A DNA stretch of 32,973 nt, from assembly GCF_001194135.2 (NCBI RefSeq), contig NC_068986.1:9676955-9709927 (forward strand), read 5' to 3'. The first letter of the stretch is position 1; the number at the start of each line of letters is the position of its first letter. The stretch is from Octopus bimaculoides. Taxonomy: Eukaryota. Of the stretch, positions 1 to 10,395 are shown one piece after another. Under the pieces are notes generated by a model, which worked only from the letters and a program-made list of their open reading frames with translations, did no database searches and was not told where the DNA came from. The position numbers and the translations under genes are program-made.

Positions 1-95
1 GTGTTGCCATCCGGTTTCACCAGTCCTCAGTCAAATCGTCCAACCCATGCTAGCATGGAAAGCGGACGTTAAACGATGATGATGATGATGATGAT
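1..95 (+). mobile_element. GAT-tailed repeat (family A, probable RTE 3' end), truncated at window edge
   Basis: cagtcaaatcgtccaacccatgctagcatggaaagcggacgttaaac(gat)n, near-identical to 280-349. Confidence 0.85.
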
Positions 96-128
96 ATATA
101 TATATATTTATTAATATCCTCATTGAGC

Positions 129-349
129 CTGGCCGTTGCCAGTACCGCCTGACTGGCCTTCGTGCCAGTGGCACGTAAAAGCACCCACTACACTCTCAGA
201 GTGGTTGGCGTTAGGAAGGGCAGCCAGCTGTAGAAACTCTGCCAGATCAGATTGGAGCCTGGTGTAGCCATCTGGTTCACCAGTCCTCAGTCAAATCGTC
301 CAACCCATGCTAGCATGGAAAGCGGACATTAAACAATGATGATGATGAT
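129..349 (+). mobile_element. Family A GAT-tailed retroposon
   Basis: Shared core gttaggaagggcatccagctgtagaaa and tail caacccatgc..gttaaac(gat)n; more than 15 copies in the window. The RTE 3'-UTR origin is recalled, not shown here. Confidence 0.85.
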
Positions 350-565
350 TGATTTTAATACGGACATACAACCTCGCAAGTACATTTATATATTTTTATA
401 TATTTATATATTTATGAATGTTTATATTATATCTTGTGTATATGAATGCACCTAAGTATGCTGCGGAGTACTCTTGATAGACGCTTTGAAATATATTGAG
501 CAAATATGAACACTGACCTTTGAAATTTGTTTTCTCGTTCTTGGTTTTTATGTGTGTGTGTGTGT

Positions 566-836
566 CATCGTCATTATCATTTAGTGTCCACTTTCCCTGC
601 TGGCATGGGTTGGACTGTTTGACTGGAACTGATAAGCCAGAGAGCTGCACCAAATTCCAGTCTGATTTGACATGGCTTTTACAGCTGGATGCCCTTCCTA
701 ATGCCAACCACTCCAAGAGCTTAATGGGTGCTTTTTACATGCCACTAGCATGGGTGCCATTTACATGAGACGAGCAACGCCCATGATTATGATTTCACTT
801 GGCTTAACAAGTCTTCTCAAGCACAGCATATTGCTG
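566..836 (-). mobile_element. Family A retroposon, reverse
   Basis: Reverse complement of the same core and tail. Confidence 0.85.
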
Positions 837-856
837 CATGGGTGTTACGATAGACA

Positions 857-1100
857 CAGGCATGACTGTGTGGTAAGATGTTTGTTTCCTAACCAGATGC
901 TTCGAGGTTCAGTCCCACTGCGTGGCACCTTGGGCAAGTGTCTTCTACTACTGACTCATGCCAATCAAAGCCTTGTGACTGAATTGGGTAGACAGAAACC
1001 AATAAAATAAGTACCACTCCTGGGGTTGATACATTTGACTAAAATTCTTTAAGGCTGTGCCCCAGCATGGCCACAATCAAATGACTGAAGCAAGTGAAAT
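857..1100 (+). mobile_element. tRNA-derived SINE family C (CORE-like ccttgggcaagtgtctt), internally deleted
   Basis: A-box-like gactgtgtggtaag, B-box-like ggttcagtccc; 3' part shared with 9575-9812. Confidence 0.8.
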
Positions 1101-1105
1101 ATATA

Positions 1106-1141
<36 letters not shown>

Positions 1142-1276
1142 TATATAAATACAAAATGGGACAAGAACGCAAAACATCCAGACAGTTAGGTAATGCAAGA
1201 AAGGGACAACAAAACACCCTAAATATATTTTTGAAATGTCCTCTATGTTTATATGTTGATATTACGTGATATTACA

Positions 1277-1456
1277 CGCTGGTGGCACATAAAAAACACC
1301 CACTACACTCTCAGAGTGGTTGGCATTTGAAACCTTGAAAGAAACCTTGCCAGATCAGATTGGACCTTGGCCTGCCAGTTCTCACTCAAACCATCCAACC
1401 CATGCCAGCAGGGAAAGTGGACGTTAAACGATGATGATGATGATAATGATGATGAT
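1277..1456 (+). mobile_element. Family A retroposon
   Basis: gcacataaaaaacacccactacactctc...gttaaac(gat)n. Confidence 0.8.
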
Positions 1457-1512
1457 AGGGAAGTTTTCCTTATTTTCTCTCATATTAAAATGTGTCTACC
1501 TTATTAGGGTAG

Positions 1513-1663
1513 TTCTTTACATTGTGAGTTCAAATCCTGCTGAGGTTGACTTTGCTTCTCATCCTTTTGGACTCAATAAAATATGTACCATACTGGGGTC
1601 AATGTAATCAACTTAACCCCTTCTCACCCCATAATTGCTGGCCTTGTGCCAAAATTTGAAACC
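1513..1663 (+). mobile_element. Family B SINE, 5'-truncated
   Basis: gagttcaaatcctgc B-box...ctggggtcaatgtaatc...ggccttgtgccaaaatttgaaacc. Confidence 0.75.
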
Positions 1664-1778
1664 AATATTTGGGTATGTATTGTTAAAATTCTAGATTCAG
1701 ATTTTCTTCTTTTTTGTCCAAAAGGAAAGATTTTTCAAGGAAGTTTGTTTACTAAATTGCAAAGTCTTCCACGAAAGT

Positions 1779-1944
1779 ATTTAATGGTCGTCAACTGTAA
1801 ATTTATTAAAACAATTAGGAATACGTTCATGATTTATTTCGGAATGGTGTCTGTTGTGATATGACCTGGTGATATATTTAGGATACCATGTTAAACTAAG
1901 AACATGGTATCCTAAATCTAGAGAAAACATCAATGTTAATTTCA
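1779..1944 (+). repeat. Dispersed near-identical duplicate, copy 1 (166 bp, with 17-bp hairpin)
   Basis: Identical to 3818-3948 except for 2 substitutions and a 35-bp extra segment. Confidence 0.95.
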
Positions 1945-2425
1945 GCAGCGTCAGCACTAAGCAGTGATTAGGCAGAAGCAAACTTTGGTTGTCTAAGCAC
2001 AGCTTGGTGCTGACACTTCTGAACTTAACCCGACCAGACAGGTAAAATAGCACAACGCAGCCAATGTTGTTAACTGTTTTTCAGTTAAAGTTATGGCTTT
2101 AAATCTGCCTAGAGTTACCTTTCTTGAGTATTTCCCATTGAGGAAGGCTAAAAAGTCAGAAACACTGCATCTGGGAATCACACATCGTTTAATGTCCACT
2201 TTCCATGCTGGCATGGGTTGGACGGTTTGACTGAGGACTGGCAAGCCAAGCTCCAATCAGATATGGTGTTTTTACATCTTTCTGCCATAAGAAAGAATTT
2301 TTTTCTCCACAGTAAACTGCAGTGAATTTGTCTTTAGAAGTTGAAAGATGTCGCAAACATGTTTTAACTGACCTAAACTTTGCATCAGTGTTGACACAAC
2401 TAACTTGTCTCATACAGTTTATCTT
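1945..2425 (-). mobile_element. Probable DIRS-type tyrosine recombinase remnant (N-terminal core-binding region), interrupted at 2183-2262 by a GAT-tailed repeat
   Basis: Translation across the insertion reads RHLSTSKDKFTAVYCGEKNSFLW...KTP|VIPRCSVSDFLAFL...TLGRFKAI. This resembles the DIRS pattern STxxxYxxKWxxFxxWC...PxxCSVxxxLxFL...TIKxYxxAI. By-eye match only. Confidence 0.45.
2183..2262 (-). mobile_element. Family A short 3' fragment
   Basis: catcgtttaatgtccactttccatgctggcatgggttggacggtttgactgagg. Confidence 0.8.
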
Positions 2426-2426
2426 C

Positions 2427-2755
2427 AATGGCTTTCTGTCAGCTACAACAAGAATGAGGGTTCTGGTTGATCTGATCAACAGAACAGCCTGACCATGTAA
2501 TTAACATGCAAGTGGTTGAGCACTCCACAAACATGTGTCCCCTTAATGTAGCTCTCAAAGAGATTCAGCATGACATAGGATGCAACAACGCTAACCCCCA
2601 TTGAATGACAGGTACAACTCACCTTTGTCAGCTGAGTGGACAGGAACAACAAGAAATAAAGTGTCTTGCTCAAGGACATAAGACACCACCAGGAATTGAA
2701 CTCACAGCCTTACGATCATGAGCCAAACACCCTAACCACCAATCTACCCCTTGCC
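2427..2755 (-). mobile_element. tRNA-derived SINE family E (CORE-like gtccttgagcaagacact)
   Basis: Reverse B-box ggaattgaactc and gtgtcttgctcaaggaca; related copies at 9913 and 23283. Confidence 0.75.
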
Positions 2756-3656
2756 TTTAGGATTTTACTGCACCCACATCTCTGCTATTTATTTCTTTAT
2801 CGATTTATTCCCCTCATTGGCCTCCATTTTATATATAATGGACTTTCACACATTCTACAGAACCAGTTTTAACTTCACCAATCTTTCTTTGGAATCTCCC
2901 TAATGTAGTCTACAGTATTTTTTGTTTTATTTTCGTCCCCCTCCCCACACCCATAAACCCAGACAGGAAATCAATACTTAAGTTGATCTGCTTTAAACAG
3001 GAAACAGAAAATCCTTATTCCCATAACATCAACCATTTTATTCAACTTTTCACATTCCTGTTTGAAGTATGCAAACTCGAGTCTGGTTTTGTATCCAATC
3101 TGATTTTTAATTTGAATAATTTTCATTTTCGGTAAAGTTAATCTTTTTCTTATAAATACAGGGAGCAACAGAAAAAACATCTCATGTTTTACAAGGCCAT
3201 TGGTGTGGCCCTAACCAACTTAGGCAGGTGGTAACAATGTCTTCATCTAATTAATGTTTTACCGTGCTTCTCCAGTTACCATCAGGGTTTCAGCTGGTTT
3301 ATACCTTGTATTTGCTGTTAAAATGTTTGTCAACCTGTGAAAATATAAGAGGTTATTTTTGCCACATCCTGTACTTTTACAATCAATCGTCATCACTAAT
3401 ATAAGTGAGAAGATATGGAAACTTAAATTCGAGTTGTCAAATCGAGTATTTTATGGCTAGAAGCCCCTAATAAACACTAACATTCATTTATATTATCCAT
3501 CATCAGTGTTCTACTTCTGTTTTTAAATGTAGGTAAGGGTTTGATGGCTTTTCTGAGGCTGGATACCCTCCTGGTCACCAAAGGTTTTGTCACCCCCTTA
3601 CAACACGTGTAGCTATTCTAAGATCATGCTACACAGTAATTATTTTAGTTTAAGAT

Positions 3657-3790
3657 GTAAGGTGTGGGATTAAGAAGTTTACTTCCCAACCAAATGGTTC
3701 TGGGCTTAGTCTTACTGTATTGGCACCTTGGGCAAGTATCTTTGACTATGGCCTTAGGCTGACCAAAGCCTTGTAAATGAATTGAGACAC
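3657..3790 (+). mobile_element. Family C SINE
   Basis: ggtgtgggattaagaagttt...ggcaccttgggcaagtatctt...gaccaaagccttgt. Confidence 0.7.
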
Positions 3791-3817
3791 ATATACTATT
3801 GTGGTTGTCTTGAAAAA

Positions 3818-3948
3818 ATTTAATGGTCGTCAACTGTAAATTTATTAAAACAATTAGGAATACGTTCATAATTTATTTCGGAATGGTGTCTGTTGTGATG
3901 TGACCTGGTGATATATTTAGGATAGAGAAAACATCAATGTTAATTTCA
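3818..3948 (+). repeat. Dispersed near-identical duplicate, copy 2 (131 bp)
   Basis: Direct comparison with 1779-1944. Confidence 0.95.
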
Positions 3949-4185
3949 AATCCACTGAATATATGTCTGTGTATGCATGCATACATATATGTATGTGTAT
4001 GAGTGTGTATTTGTGTGTGTGTGCATGCACACGTGCGCATGTCTGTACATGCTTGTTTATAACTTCTTGTTTTGACATCGTGTGATTGTTCTAAACAAGC
4101 TGCACCATCATACAGTGTCGTTTAATCCTAATATTCTGTGAAAACACCATTCAGCTCTGAGGAAATATTCTTTTGCTTGAGAACA

Positions 4186-4302
4186 GGCGAGGATTGGTGA
4201 CAGGAAGGGCACCCAGTTGTAGAAAAATCTACCTCAATAAATTCAACCTGACCTATTCAAGGAAAAGGGAATGCTAAGATGATGATGATGATGATGATAA
4301 TG
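4186..4302 (+). mobile_element. Family A diverged copy
   Basis: acaggaagggcacccagttgtagaaa core and (gat)n tail. Confidence 0.6.
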
Positions 4303-4380
4303 AAAATATTGTTTTGCCTAAGGGCACTACAAGGGATCTTTTGCTTCACCAGCTAGAAATAGAAGTCAAATGATATTAAT

Positions 4381-4540
4381 GGTTTCAAATTTTGATACAA
4401 GGTCTGTAAATTTAGGGGGCAGGGTTAAGTTGATAAAACTGACCCCACAATTCAACTTCGATAGAATTTGAACTCAGAACTTCAAGATAGACAAAACGCT
4501 TCACAGCATTCTGTTGACGATTCTACCAGCACACCACCTT
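4381..4540 (-). mobile_element. Family B SINE, reverse
   Basis: gaatttgaactcagaac (reverse B-box) and ggtttcaaattttg end. Confidence 0.65.
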
Positions 4541-4553
4541 GATAATAACAATG

Positions 4554-4762
4554 ATTTCAAATTTTGGCACAAGGCCAGCAAGTCCAGCGGAGGTGGCTAT
4601 AGCTTATTACACTGATCCCAGTGTTCAGCTGGTTTGTATTCTATTGACCCCGAGAGGATGAAAGGCAAAGCCAACCTCAGTGGAATTTGAACTCAGAATG
4701 TAAAGACAAACGAAATGCCGCAAAACATTCTGCCCGGCATGATAACAATTCCATCAGCTTGC
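4554..4762 (-). mobile_element. Family B SINE, reverse
   Basis: atttcaaattttggcacaaggccagc...ggaatttgaactcagaatg. Confidence 0.75.
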
Positions 4763-5165
4763 TGTCTTTCCACCTTCAGAAATATTAAGTAATCATTCTG
4801 GCACCATAGTCTAAGACATCAACTAAACTATAACCAGTCTTTAAGATGAAGTGAATCTGGAATTTTTCTAGTCCACTTCTTTGGAATTTTAGGCCGATTT
4901 CTTTCCAATGTTTTTGTTTTTTGTTTCTTTTAATTGCAAGACTATTGCTAATCCTTTGTTCTTTTTCGGTTTTCTAATCTAAAGACTAACATTTTCTCTA
5001 AAATCTTTAAAAAAATGATTTAAATCAGATTCAAACCTTGATTCCAAAGATCTTTGTTGAGATAATATCCTTTATCTTTTACTTGTTTCACTCTTTGGAC
5101 TGTGGCCATGCTGGGGCACTGAAGGTTTTATGTTACAGGAACATAAACACACCAAGTTATCAAGT

Positions 5166-5202
5166 TGTGGTGGTGGTGGTGGTGGTGGTGGTGGTAGTGG
5201 TG
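5166..5202. repeat. (GTG)n microsatellite
   Basis: Direct reading. Confidence 0.95.
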
Positions 5203-5227
5203 GGGACAAACTCAACCGCATACACAC

Positions 5228-5372
5228 ACATAAATATACACCAAATCCACTCCCAAGGCTTTGGTCAGTCCGAGGTTATGGTAGAACACACTTGCCCAAA
5301 GTGCCATGCAGTGGGACTGAACCTGGAACCATGTGGTTGGGAAGGAAGCTTCTTACCTCACAGCCACACCCA
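5228..5372 (-). mobile_element. Family C SINE, reverse
   Basis: caaatccactcccaaggctttggtc...cacttgcccaaagtgcc...cacagccacacc. Confidence 0.8.
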
Positions 5373-5567
5373 CACCCATAATAATACATTCATTAAAACT
5401 TAACGAATCATTTGCCATCAAAAGGTTTTCTAAACCAGTTTTATCTGTCATCAACTATAAACTCTCATTTTTAAAAGAAAGAAAAATTAAATATATTGGA
5501 GAAAAAAAAAAGATAATTTTGGAATTGGTGCTGAACATATTTTCTGAATAAACTAATTGAATTTCTG

Positions 5568-5715
5568 NNNNNNNNNNNNNNNNNNNNNNNNNNNNNNNNN
5601 NNNNNNNNNNNNNNNNNNNNNNNNNNNNNNNNNNNNNNNNNNNNNNNNNNNNNNNNNNNNNNNNNNNNNNNNNNNNNNNNNNNNNNNNNNNNNNNNNNNN
5701 NNNNNNNNNNNNNNN
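5568..5715. other. Assembly gap (148 N)
   Basis: Run of N. Confidence 1.
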
Positions 5716-5815
5716 AACTCTGTTGTTACTTCTCAAAGCTAACTATGTTACTAATATTGCAAATAATACTAATAAAAGGAGAATATTGAGGGTTACATGG
5801 ACAGACTAAGTGTCT

Positions 5816-5842
5816 GAAGAAGAAGAAGAAGAAGAAGAAGAA
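5816..5842. repeat. (GAA)n microsatellite
   Basis: Direct reading. Confidence 0.95.
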
Positions 5843-6070
5843 GGCGGTGAGCTGGCAGAAACGTTAGCAAGCCGGGCGAAATGCTTAGCAGTATTTCATC
5901 TGCTGCTACGTTCTGAGTTCAAATTCCGCCAAGGTCGACTTTGCCTTTCATCCTTTCGGGGTCAACAAATTAAGTACCAGTTACGCACTGGGATCGATGT
6001 AATCGACTTAATCCCTTTGTCTGTCTTTGTTTGTCCCCTCTATGTTTAGCCCCTTGTGGGCAATAAACAA
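5841..6070 (+). mobile_element. tRNA-derived SINE family B, near full length
   Basis: Head ggcggtgagctggcagaa (A-box-like) and gagttcaaattcc (B-box); body shared with 1513, 4381, 4554 and 6622. Confidence 0.85.
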
Positions 6071-6099
6071 AAAAGAGAAGAAGAAGAGATGACTGACCC

Positions 6100-6412
6100 A
6101 GGCTGCAGTAAGCAGTGAAGCGCTTAGTAAGATAAGGACCAAGCGACTGAGATTCCTTGGTCATGTGGTGAGGAAAGAGGGCCTGGGGAGAATTTAATGA
6201 TGGCTGGAAAGATTGAAAGGGAAAAGAAGCAGAGGAAGGAGAAGGACGATACGGATGTGGAGCTTGAAGAAATGGTTGGAAGATAGGGACGTTAAACATC
6301 AGGAAGAAGTGGAAGTGTTAAGGAAAACAAAGAACAAAGAATTGTGGGAGGACATGGTCACTTGTGTCCTACATTCTGGGAATGACACCTCAAGAAAGAA
6401 AGAAAACATTAA
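6100..6412 (+). mobile_element. RTE-clade LINE 3' coding fragment (BovB-like motif pattern)
   Basis: KIRTKRLRFLGHVVRKEGL..LMMAGKIE/GKRSRGRRRT...W...LWEDMV, one frameshift, ending in AAGA repeats. Confidence 0.75.
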
Positions 6413-6427
6413 GATTAATACTAGTTT

Positions 6428-6767
6428 GAAGGTGGTGAGCTGGCAAAAGTTGTTGTCTGTCTGTACATTCATCATCATCATCATCATCATTTAACGTCTG
6501 TTTTCCGTGCTGGCATGAGTTGGACGGTTTGACTGGGGTCTGGCAATCCAGGAGGCCACACCAGGCTCCAGTCTGATCTAGTAAGGTTTCTACAGCTGGA
6601 TGCCCTTCCTAATGCCAACCAATTCTGAGTTCAAATTCCACCAAGGTTTGCCTTTTCTCCTTTTGGGGTTGATAAAATAAGTGCCACCACTTGAACATTG
6701 GGGGTCGATGTAATCAACTTGCCCCTTCCCCAGCAAATTGCTGGCCTTGTGCCAAAACTTGAAACCA
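6428..6767 (+). mobile_element. Family B SINE split by a family A insertion
   Basis: Head at 6428-6470; B-box and body resume at 6622. Confidence 0.75.
6471..6621 (-). mobile_element. Family A copy nested in a family B SINE
   Basis: (cat)n tail plus core, flanked by ATTC at 6467-6470 and 6622-6625. Confidence 0.8.
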
Positions 6768-7235
6768 TTATTAATATTGCTATGAGTTTAGCCATTTTGT
6801 TTAAGTAGGACACAACTCGGTTATTGTTGTGTTAACAATTGGAGCATCTAATTTGGCAATAATCCTCGTTACTGTATTCAATAATGATAATTGAAGTATA
6901 TTTCTGTTTTCTATTCATTAAAATTTTAAAACTTCTGGCAGCGAATGGATTGAAATAGCATTGTGGCCAACACCAGTTACTCCTACATAGAAACACACAC
7001 AGACACACGCACACACTGATGGATGATATAAGTTGTAGATAAAACCTGTTTTGATATATATAAAGTGATATTCGACAATAAAATGACAACTTATAGATAA
7101 TCAATAAGCAGATACATTTCTTATTACAAACGCATGCACACACAGACACATGCGCGCACACACACAGACACATGCACACACACACACAGACACACGTGCA
7201 CACACACACAAGCCTTAAAATCATTACAACTTTAT

Positions 7236-7385
7236 CATGATGATGATGATGATGATGACGACAACATCAGTGACAATGATGACAATGGTGATGATAACAA
7301 TGGTAACGATGACGATGATGACGACGACAACAATGATGACGATGACAATGAGGGGCAGGAGGATGATAATGATGATGATCTTGAT
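7236..7385. repeat. Compound (GAT/GAC/AAC)n trinucleotide repeat, preceded by (CA)-rich repeat at 7130-7210
   Basis: Direct reading. Confidence 0.9.
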
Positions 7386-7954
7386 TACTTTAATGTTTAT
7401 TTTCCGCGTTATTAAAATGGGTTTGACAGGTCTGCAATAGAGCAACTGTCAATTTGCTCTGATTCCATTTCATTTAACATCTAATCAGAAAGAGATAAAG
7501 GCTCAGCAGTTTGTGTCTGGCTCTGCACACTACTCTCTCTCTCTCTCTTTCTCTTTCTCTCTCTCTCTCCATCATGAAACTGCTTCATCCTTTCCTTTAA
7601 CAATAAAACCACAAACCTTAACAAGAGTCGGCAGTCATACATACATCAGACATCCAAGAGTTCATGGTTATACATCCAAGACTTATATACCCAATGGGCT
7701 TCAACATAGTTTCCATTTACCAAATTCCACTGACAACATACTCTGGTCAATCTAAATCTGACCCTTGGGGATTCTTATAAAATTTTATTCATTAAAAATT
7801 ATGGTCAATAAATTTGGTATACTTCTGTAATACATAAAAATATCTTAATTTCTTTTATACAATTCCTAATAATATTTTTCCAACCCATGCCAGCATGGAA
7901 AGCAGACGTTAAACGACAAAGATTTAATTATAAAAATATAATAATAGGGTTTTT

Positions 7955-8143
7955 AAAACATTGAATGGCTCTGAGGGTCCACCCAAGTAAAATAGGAATG
8001 AAAGGGGTCTATAGGTAAAAAAAATGGTTGAGAAGCACTGAGACCCTTGAATAGCTATGTGGGTCCACCCAGGTAAAATAAGAATGAAAGGTGTTCATAG
8101 CAAAAAAAAAAAAAAAAAAAAAAATGTTTGAGAACTGCTAGTG
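7955..8143 (-). mobile_element. Two tandem copies of a hAT/Charlie-like terminus
   Basis: 7961-8040 and 8047-8140 are diverged direct copies. The reverse complement of the first end reads CAGTGCTTCTCAACC, close to the Charlie-type TIR CAGTGGTTCTCAA. Confidence 0.55.
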
Positions 8144-8734
8144 TATGGAGCATCAGGGAGCACCATCATAAAGTGGATATTTTCTGAGCTTGCACTCTGG
8201 AATTCAACTTTGGTAGTTACCGTGCTCAAAATAAAAATAAAGTTCTTGTGATTCTGTCTAGAGATCTATGACATTGATTATCTATTGATTGAGAAATCTG
8301 ATCATGAAAAATCAAGCAATCTGTCAATTTGAAGATCTGAGAAAAAAAAAAACAGCTCTTCATAGACAACTTCAGTTGACATTTGGATTGGTTCTATAGA
8401 AGAATGGGTCAGAAACCACAACCTGCAGTATGTTGGCTCTGCAACAAAACCGAAGCATTACCATTTGGAAAATCTCTGTCCATCAAATCAGTCACAAGAA
8501 GACTAAAAACCAATGTCCATAGCTGACACTTTACCTTCCATCAAACACCAGATTTAATTAATTCTTAAACACCAGCTTTAATTAATTCTTGCTGCAAAAT
8601 GAATATTTTCATAGAAAAGATGAACATAATTGTGCTTGTTTGTGCATAAATCACTTCCACTTCATTTGCTCTCCTTCTACACAGCTAATGAACACTCATA
8701 CATGAAGCCCTCCTGATGAAATGCCCAGAGGTTT

Positions 8735-8870
8735 ACATAACACCCACATGGTTCTAGGTTCAGTCGCATTGCATGTCAAGTGTCTTCTACTAAAGCCTCC
8801 AACCAACTTCTGAGTAAATTTGGTAGAAAGAAACTGAAAAAAGCCCTTCGTATGTGCATGTGTGTGTATA
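8735..8870 (+). mobile_element. Family C SINE, diverged
   Basis: cacatggttctaggttcagtc...caagtgtcttctacta...tggtagaaagaaactgaaa. Confidence 0.65.
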
Positions 8871-8910
8871 TTATAAAATTTTCAGGATCCAATAGAATCA
8901 ATGCATTTAA

Positions 8911-9101
8911 CCTTTTTGATACCAACCCTGCTGAAACTGGCTAAATTTTGAATTAAAATCTTCCACCAAAACCTTAGTCACAATTTATATTCCTAACACT
9001 AGCTTAATGGTAACTAAGTTATTTTACTAAATTCTTTGTTATATTTAAAATTAATTGAAAGAAACACAGAAAATCTCAACAGAAATATGGTAACAAAATG
9101 A
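8911..9101. mobile_element. Second copy of the same TTAA-type MITE, opposite orientation, internally deleted
   Basis: TTAA at 8907-8910, then CCTTTTTGATACC. Internal aaaaccttagtcacaatttat...aaaattaattgaaagaaac matches the reverse complement of 25996-26214. Confidence 0.75.
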
Positions 9102-9574
9102 ATAAATAGCAGTCACCATGGTAGGGTCAAGGATAGTACACCCAGGTATGGACTTACACAACAATGTGTACGGACACACACGTACTTATAAAACCAAATA
9201 TGGTTATGCACACATTCACAAACACTGACCATATACACAATGGGTACGCAAAGTCACACAGGAGTACCCTGAGGGTACATATTCCACAGTTGACTATTAT
9301 AGGTTCCAGACCTAACACAGGGAAGCTTCAAACTGGGTGGAGTTTAAACAATAGCATTCGCTATTCATTCTCTCAGTTGTAACCAAAATGGTTGGGTTGG
9401 GGGTCAACTTGCATTTTATGTTCTATTTATGTGAAGAATCCCAAATGTTAAATTCTACTCTTAATTCACCGAAAGAAAACGTTTTTTTATTTTTTACCTG
9501 ATGTAATATTTTTGTTCATCAATAAAGAACACGTCTGAAACAGCTGTAGTGAACCTCAACCCAGCTGGTCATAT

Positions 9575-9812
9575 ATATATGTGTCTGTGTTTGTTCCCCA
9601 TTACTACCACCTGACAACCAGTGTTGGTGTGTTTATGTCCCCATAACTTATCGGTCCAGCAAAAGAGAACAATAGAATAAATACCAGGCTTTAAGAAAAA
9701 AAAAAAAATCACTGAGGTCCATTCATTCAACTAAAAAAAATTCTTCAAGGTGGTGCTCCAGCATGGCCGCAGATTAATGACTGAAACAAGTGAAAGATAA
9801 GAGAGAAAAGAT
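9575..9812 (+). mobile_element. Family C SINE 3' half
   Basis: aattcttcaaggtggtgctccagcatggccgcag...gactgaaacaagtg, shared with 1040-1100. Confidence 0.7.
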
Positions 9813-9912
9813 TTGATCATTGATCTTTCTGTATTGATCAAAAACCAATCAGAACTGAAGTAATGTTTTATCTGTGGTTTCCTCTGTATTTGTGGAGGAG
9901 AGTCGAGAGGAA

Positions 9913-10050
9913 GGCATGTGATGGAGTGGTTAGGGGTGTTAAATGATAATATTGCAGGTTCAATTCCTGGACAAGATGGAACATTGTGTCCTTGAGCAAA
10001 GCACTTCATTGCAGGTTGCTTCAGTCGACTGAGTACCAGCTGAGTACTGG
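9913..10050 (+). mobile_element. Family E SINE 5' part
   Basis: gagtggttaggg...ggttcaattcctgg...ttgtgtccttgagcaaagcactt. Confidence 0.7.
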
Positions 10051-10249
10051 TTCAACCCCAACTCTCTCCACCTTGGATGTGTTGCTGGTTAAAAGGGTGA
10101 GAAAATCAAGAGGGTACTTATTCTTGCTTCTGGCTACCCAGATACCTAAAACAAAACAGGGTACATATTACTAAGCCATATTCATTCACAGACAGCAACT
10201 GGTTCTATACATGTCTGGTTGGGTGGGGGATGCACCATGAGATATTCAG

Positions 10250-10395
10250 AGCACAGCACCCATGACTTTTGAAAACATTTTTCCTGCTTGGAAATACTGA
10301 AGCATGGAATAAACTACCCACAGTATTTGGGACACTGTACCCTTCGAAACTTCCTGAAATTTGCTGACACTTCACCCAGTGTATCACCCACCTTT
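10250..10395 (+). mobile_element. CR1/L2-like LINE 3' fragment, second copy
   Basis: cacagcacccatgactt...catttt...gaagcatggaataaactacc is shared with 29410-29470 and encodes EAWNKLP. Confidence 0.6.

Noticed and set aside
2971-3180. 69-aa minus-strand ORF (KNQIGYKTRLEFAYFKQECEKL) with an upstream pyrimidine tract
   Set aside because: No convincing donor and no recognisable homology; cannot support it as an exon.
5841-5935. tRNA gene
   Set aside because: A/B boxes belong to a SINE head; no cloverleaf, and the body is shared with other SINE copies.
7134-7445. Poly-Asp, poly-Met/Thr and poly-Ile ORFs
   Set aside because: Translations of a compound trinucleotide microsatellite.
8170-8560. Faint mariner-like peptides
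   Set aside because: Too degenerate; no catalytic motif is readable.
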